A stretch of 27,354 nucleotides of DNA from Thermoplasmatales archaeon SW_10_69_26 (GTDB lineage Archaea; Thermoplasmatota; SW-10-69-26). Below are positions 24,928 through 27,354 of this stretch, piece after piece. A program made the position numbers and the translations under genes. Every line of letters starts with the position of its first letter. Positions within the stretch are counted from its first letter, which is position 1. A model generated the notes under the pieces. That model did not search any database, was not told the DNA's origin, and saw only the letters and a list, made by a program, of their open reading frames with translations. The DNA lies in NCBI GenBank assembly GCA_003009755.1, contig PXUB01000035.1:1-27354 (forward strand), written 5' to 3'.

Positions 24928-25362
24928 GTCGACACTCTATGGATAAGGGCTGCTAAGAGGGGCTTCAGCGCCGTCCGGGAAGAACGCCGGCCCCGTGCAC
25001 CCCCGAAGGGGCCAGTCGTAGCCGACGCCGAGAGTGAAGAACTCCCAGCACCCGCCCACTGGCCTTGCCTCATGTATCGCCCGCTCTTGCTCTGTCAACG
25101 TCGGCGAACATCGACAACCAGATTATAATCCGGCCGACGCCGACGATCGAGCCCCAAGTAGGGAGGATCGAGCGGTGAGGGGCCCCATCGGCCACATAAT
25201 CATGGCCACGAAGACGTATAGTGCGACGATGCCGGCCGCGGGGACGGGCCCGGCCGCCTCTTCGTTCTTCAAGGAGAGGCGGAGATAACCTGCCATAGTA
25301 TCGGTGGCGTTATGAGTCTGCTCCGGGCTACTAATATTACATCACACGGCAGGATTTCAATT

Positions 25363-25938
25363 ATGTCTGTTGGGGGCACGAATGGTTCGTCGAAGGTCAG
25401 CGTCTCTCGCCCGTTGTTGCTGGCTCTCGTCTTGCTCTCGGCGAGCCTCATACCCGGTTGCGTCGGGCAGACGACATACAGCCTCATCTGGGTTCACGGT
25501 GAGGAGAGGCTTGAGCCTGAACAGGCCCAACATGAGTCCTGCAGTTACCTCTTCGATCACGAGGTCAGCCCCGACCGCCAGCACCTCCGCTACCGATCCG
25601 AAGCCTACGAGATCGACGACGCGGACGACCTCGACCGGATAATCGCCTTCGACTACTTCCGGGAACCCTCTGGCTGTCCGGTCGTGTACGAACTCCGGCC
25701 GGATGATGCCGAGGCCACCGTCAGGCTCGGGGCGTACGGAACGTTCAATGTCTCCGTCGAGGACAGCGGAACGGTGAACGTGGACGGCCAACGATCCCTC
25801 GATCCGGGTGAGAAGGTCACGCTCACCTACAGCCAACGGGCCGACGAGAGTGAGGACGGGCAGTGGCGCAACGGGACAATCCACGTCACCGTCTTCGAGG
25901 GATGGCCGCGCTCTGGCTTGGTGGGAGAGGAGATCTGA
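25363..25938 (+). CDS. Hypothetical lipoprotein
   Basis: RPLLLALVLLSASLIPGC lipobox-like signal; acidic mature domain; start uncertain. Confidence 0.7.
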   Translation: MSVGGTNGSSKVSVSRPLLLALVLLSASLIPGCVGQTTYSLIWVHGEERLEPEQAQHESCSYLFDHEVSPDRQHLRYRSEAYEIDDADDLDRIIAFDYFREPSGCPVVYELRPDDAEATVRLGAYGTFNVSVEDSGTVNVDGQRSLDPGEKVTLTYSQRADESEDGQWRNGTIHVTVFEGWPRSGLVGEEI

Positions 25939-26468
25939 TGCTAGCTTCTGGGCATCCTCCATCTGGAGGAGCCGGCCTCCGTCCTGCACGAGATCTGGAC
26001 GCCGTCTGCAATTGACTCAAGGGATCCCCCGTATGCCTCCCCGGTGCCGAGGCGGTAGGTGGTCTTCCAAGGAGGGCGCTGAAAGGTAGGTCCGGACGCT
26101 TGCGCGGAGAGGGGATCGTGCTTCACCGCAACCCAACACTCCCCGCAACCCTCGACCCCGCCGGGGTCGGGATCGACGGATCAACGCGCTCCTCCTGCTC
26201 GGCACTCAACACGTCCATCGACCGCTGCGGCCCTCGCCCGCCTGGGTCAACGCCAGGCTCGTCGCGTCGAAGACGTCCTCGGGCTTCGACGAGGCGTGCT
26301 CGTCGGCCTCCTCGCGGCGCTCAACGCTGGGCAACGCGTTGCGGGGCTCTTCCTCGTCGATCGACCGAGCGACCGTCGGGGACCCCGCGTGGACCCCGCC
26401 GTTAGCCGCCTGCCCCCGCCCCGGGGTTCGGGCTGGTTCGCCACGGGTCGAAGCACACCTCGGGGCAG

Positions 26469-26855
26469 TCAATCCGCCAACAGTCGCGCCACCTTGTCCA
26501 CGAAGCTCTCCGCTGCGACCACCGTGGCCTCCACGTCCTCCTCCGTCGGTTCGAAACTCGGGTCGTAGTCGCTGACCTCGCGGAGACGTTGCGCCTCGGT
26601 GAGTGCCTCGAGGTGTTCGATGGAGAGCAGATCAGGGCCGTGGAACTCCTCGTGGAGCACGTGAACGAGACCCCGATGGGTCTGCGGGGGCTCGCGCTCC
26701 TCGACGATTAGGGCTCGGGCCGCGTGGTGAATCGCGTAGTAGGCTCGAGAGACCGCGTCGTCCCGATGGCCAAGGCGTTGCATGTCTCGAGCGGCGGCCA
26801 GGCGATCCCGGGCAGACGCGAGCAGGAGGCGTTCCTCGTCAGGCGAGGCCGACAC
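26469..26855 (-). CDS. HEPN-domain toxin (MNT-HEPN type)
   Basis: AVSRAYYAIHHAARAL, THRGL, REVSDY (Rx4Y-type motif); overlaps the MNT stop. Confidence 0.9.
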   Translation of the reverse strand: MSASPDEERLLLASARDRLAAARDMQRLGHRDDAVSRAYYAIHHAARALIVEEREPPQTHRGLVHVLHEEFHGPDLLSIEHLEALTEAQRLREVSDYDPSFEPTEEDVEATVVAAESFVDKVARLLAD

Positions 26856-27195
26856 CGTCCCGCTGGACGTTGCGGTAGAAGGACGTGTTCGCGTCGCGCA
26901 GGGTTTCCAGGCGCTCGGGCGAGACGGGGTGGACGGCGATGTCGACGCACGTGTCGAGGCGGATCCGCGTTGTGATGGGAACCAGCGAGCGGATCGCCTC
27001 GCCCTCGGGACCGTCCCACTCGACGAACAGGTCCACGTCGCTGGACGCACTGGCCTCCCCCCGGGCCACGCTCCCGAAGAGCACGACGTGGTCGAGCTTC
27101 TCCGGGAACGCTTCCTGCGCCTCGGCCAGGAACCGGTCGAGCGCGTCTTGCGTCTCGGCCGAGAGGGCGAGGTCGTCTAGACCCAGGTCTTGCAT
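26839..27195 (-). CDS. Minimal nucleotidyltransferase (MNT) antitoxin
   Basis: LFGSVARGEASASSDVDLFV = GS-x10-DxD; C-terminal FYRNVQRDGV. Confidence 0.9.
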   Translation of the reverse strand: MQDLGLDDLALSAETQDALDRFLAEAQEAFPEKLDHVVLFGSVARGEASASSDVDLFVEWDGPEGEAIRSLVPITTRIRLDTCVDIAVHPVSPERLETLRDANTSFYRNVQRDGVGLA

Positions 27196-27259
27196 CGACT
27201 CAGGTATACAGCCCGCGAGGTATGAAGGTGCCGTGACTGTCCCGGCCGTCAAGACCTAG

Positions 27260-27354
27260 ACTGCCGGACGTGTTTTGCTTACGCTCTCGCGCCGGTCTGA
27301 GCGAGGCAAGGTCGCGGAGCCCGAGGAAGGAAACCCCGAAAATTTCCGACCCTC
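27260..27354. mobile_element. End of a second copy of the 18819-19388 element family (runs off the window)
   Basis: CTAG then 27260-27298, which matches the reverse complement of 19350-19388 at 38/39; continues cgcggagcccgaggaagga, similar to cgcggagccgaggcgaagga inside the first copy's left end. Confidence 0.8.

Noticed and set aside
17814-25380. Two secreted-protein genes both starting MSVGG (17814 and 25363)
   Set aside because: Similarity ends after about 14 nt; probably coincidence.
26151-26171. GC hairpin CGACCCC-gcc-GGGGTCG as a terminator or REP
   Set aside because: Single short copy with no U-tract; expected by chance at this GC content.
1-27354. tRNA, rRNA, integrase or transposase genes
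   Set aside because: None recognisable by eye; a covariance-model and HMM scan would be needed to exclude small RNAs.

Overview
High-GC, gene-dense window. Inferred origin is a halophilic archaeon, most plausibly Thermoplasmatota-like, based on strongly acidic proteins, many LAGC-type lipoproteins and TATA-like boxes roughly 20-35 nt upstream of many start codons; this has not been checked by a database search. Genes with recognisable housekeeping functions: acyl-CoA dehydrogenase, CPA1 cation/H+ antiporter, site-2 protease, HD-family hydrolase, MsrB, a NUDIX hydrolase, a GNAT and a THEP1-type NTPase. These are interspersed with paralogous surface proteins: four small 4-Cys lipoproteins, three tandem LVIVD-type beta-propellers, two tandem CocE/NonD (S15) hydrolases, an Asp-box/sialidase-like lipoprotein and an alkaline-phosphatase-superfamily enzyme. 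There are also two toxin-antitoxin pairs (AbrB-VapC with a broken antitoxin; MNT-HEPN). The most notable structure is non-coding. (1) A GxxExxY (PD-(D/E)xK-like) nuclease gene is enclosed by ~100-bp inverted repeats built from CACAGAG-type 8-9-mers; a solo arm and a gene-less inverted pair of a related motif occur elsewhere in the window, resembling a REP/RAYT-style mobile system. (2) A 178-bp MITE with 22-bp TIRs and a perfect 9-bp target duplication disrupts that nuclease gene. (3) A second ~570-bp TIR-bounded, transposase-free element lies at 18819-19388, with the start of another copy at the window end.
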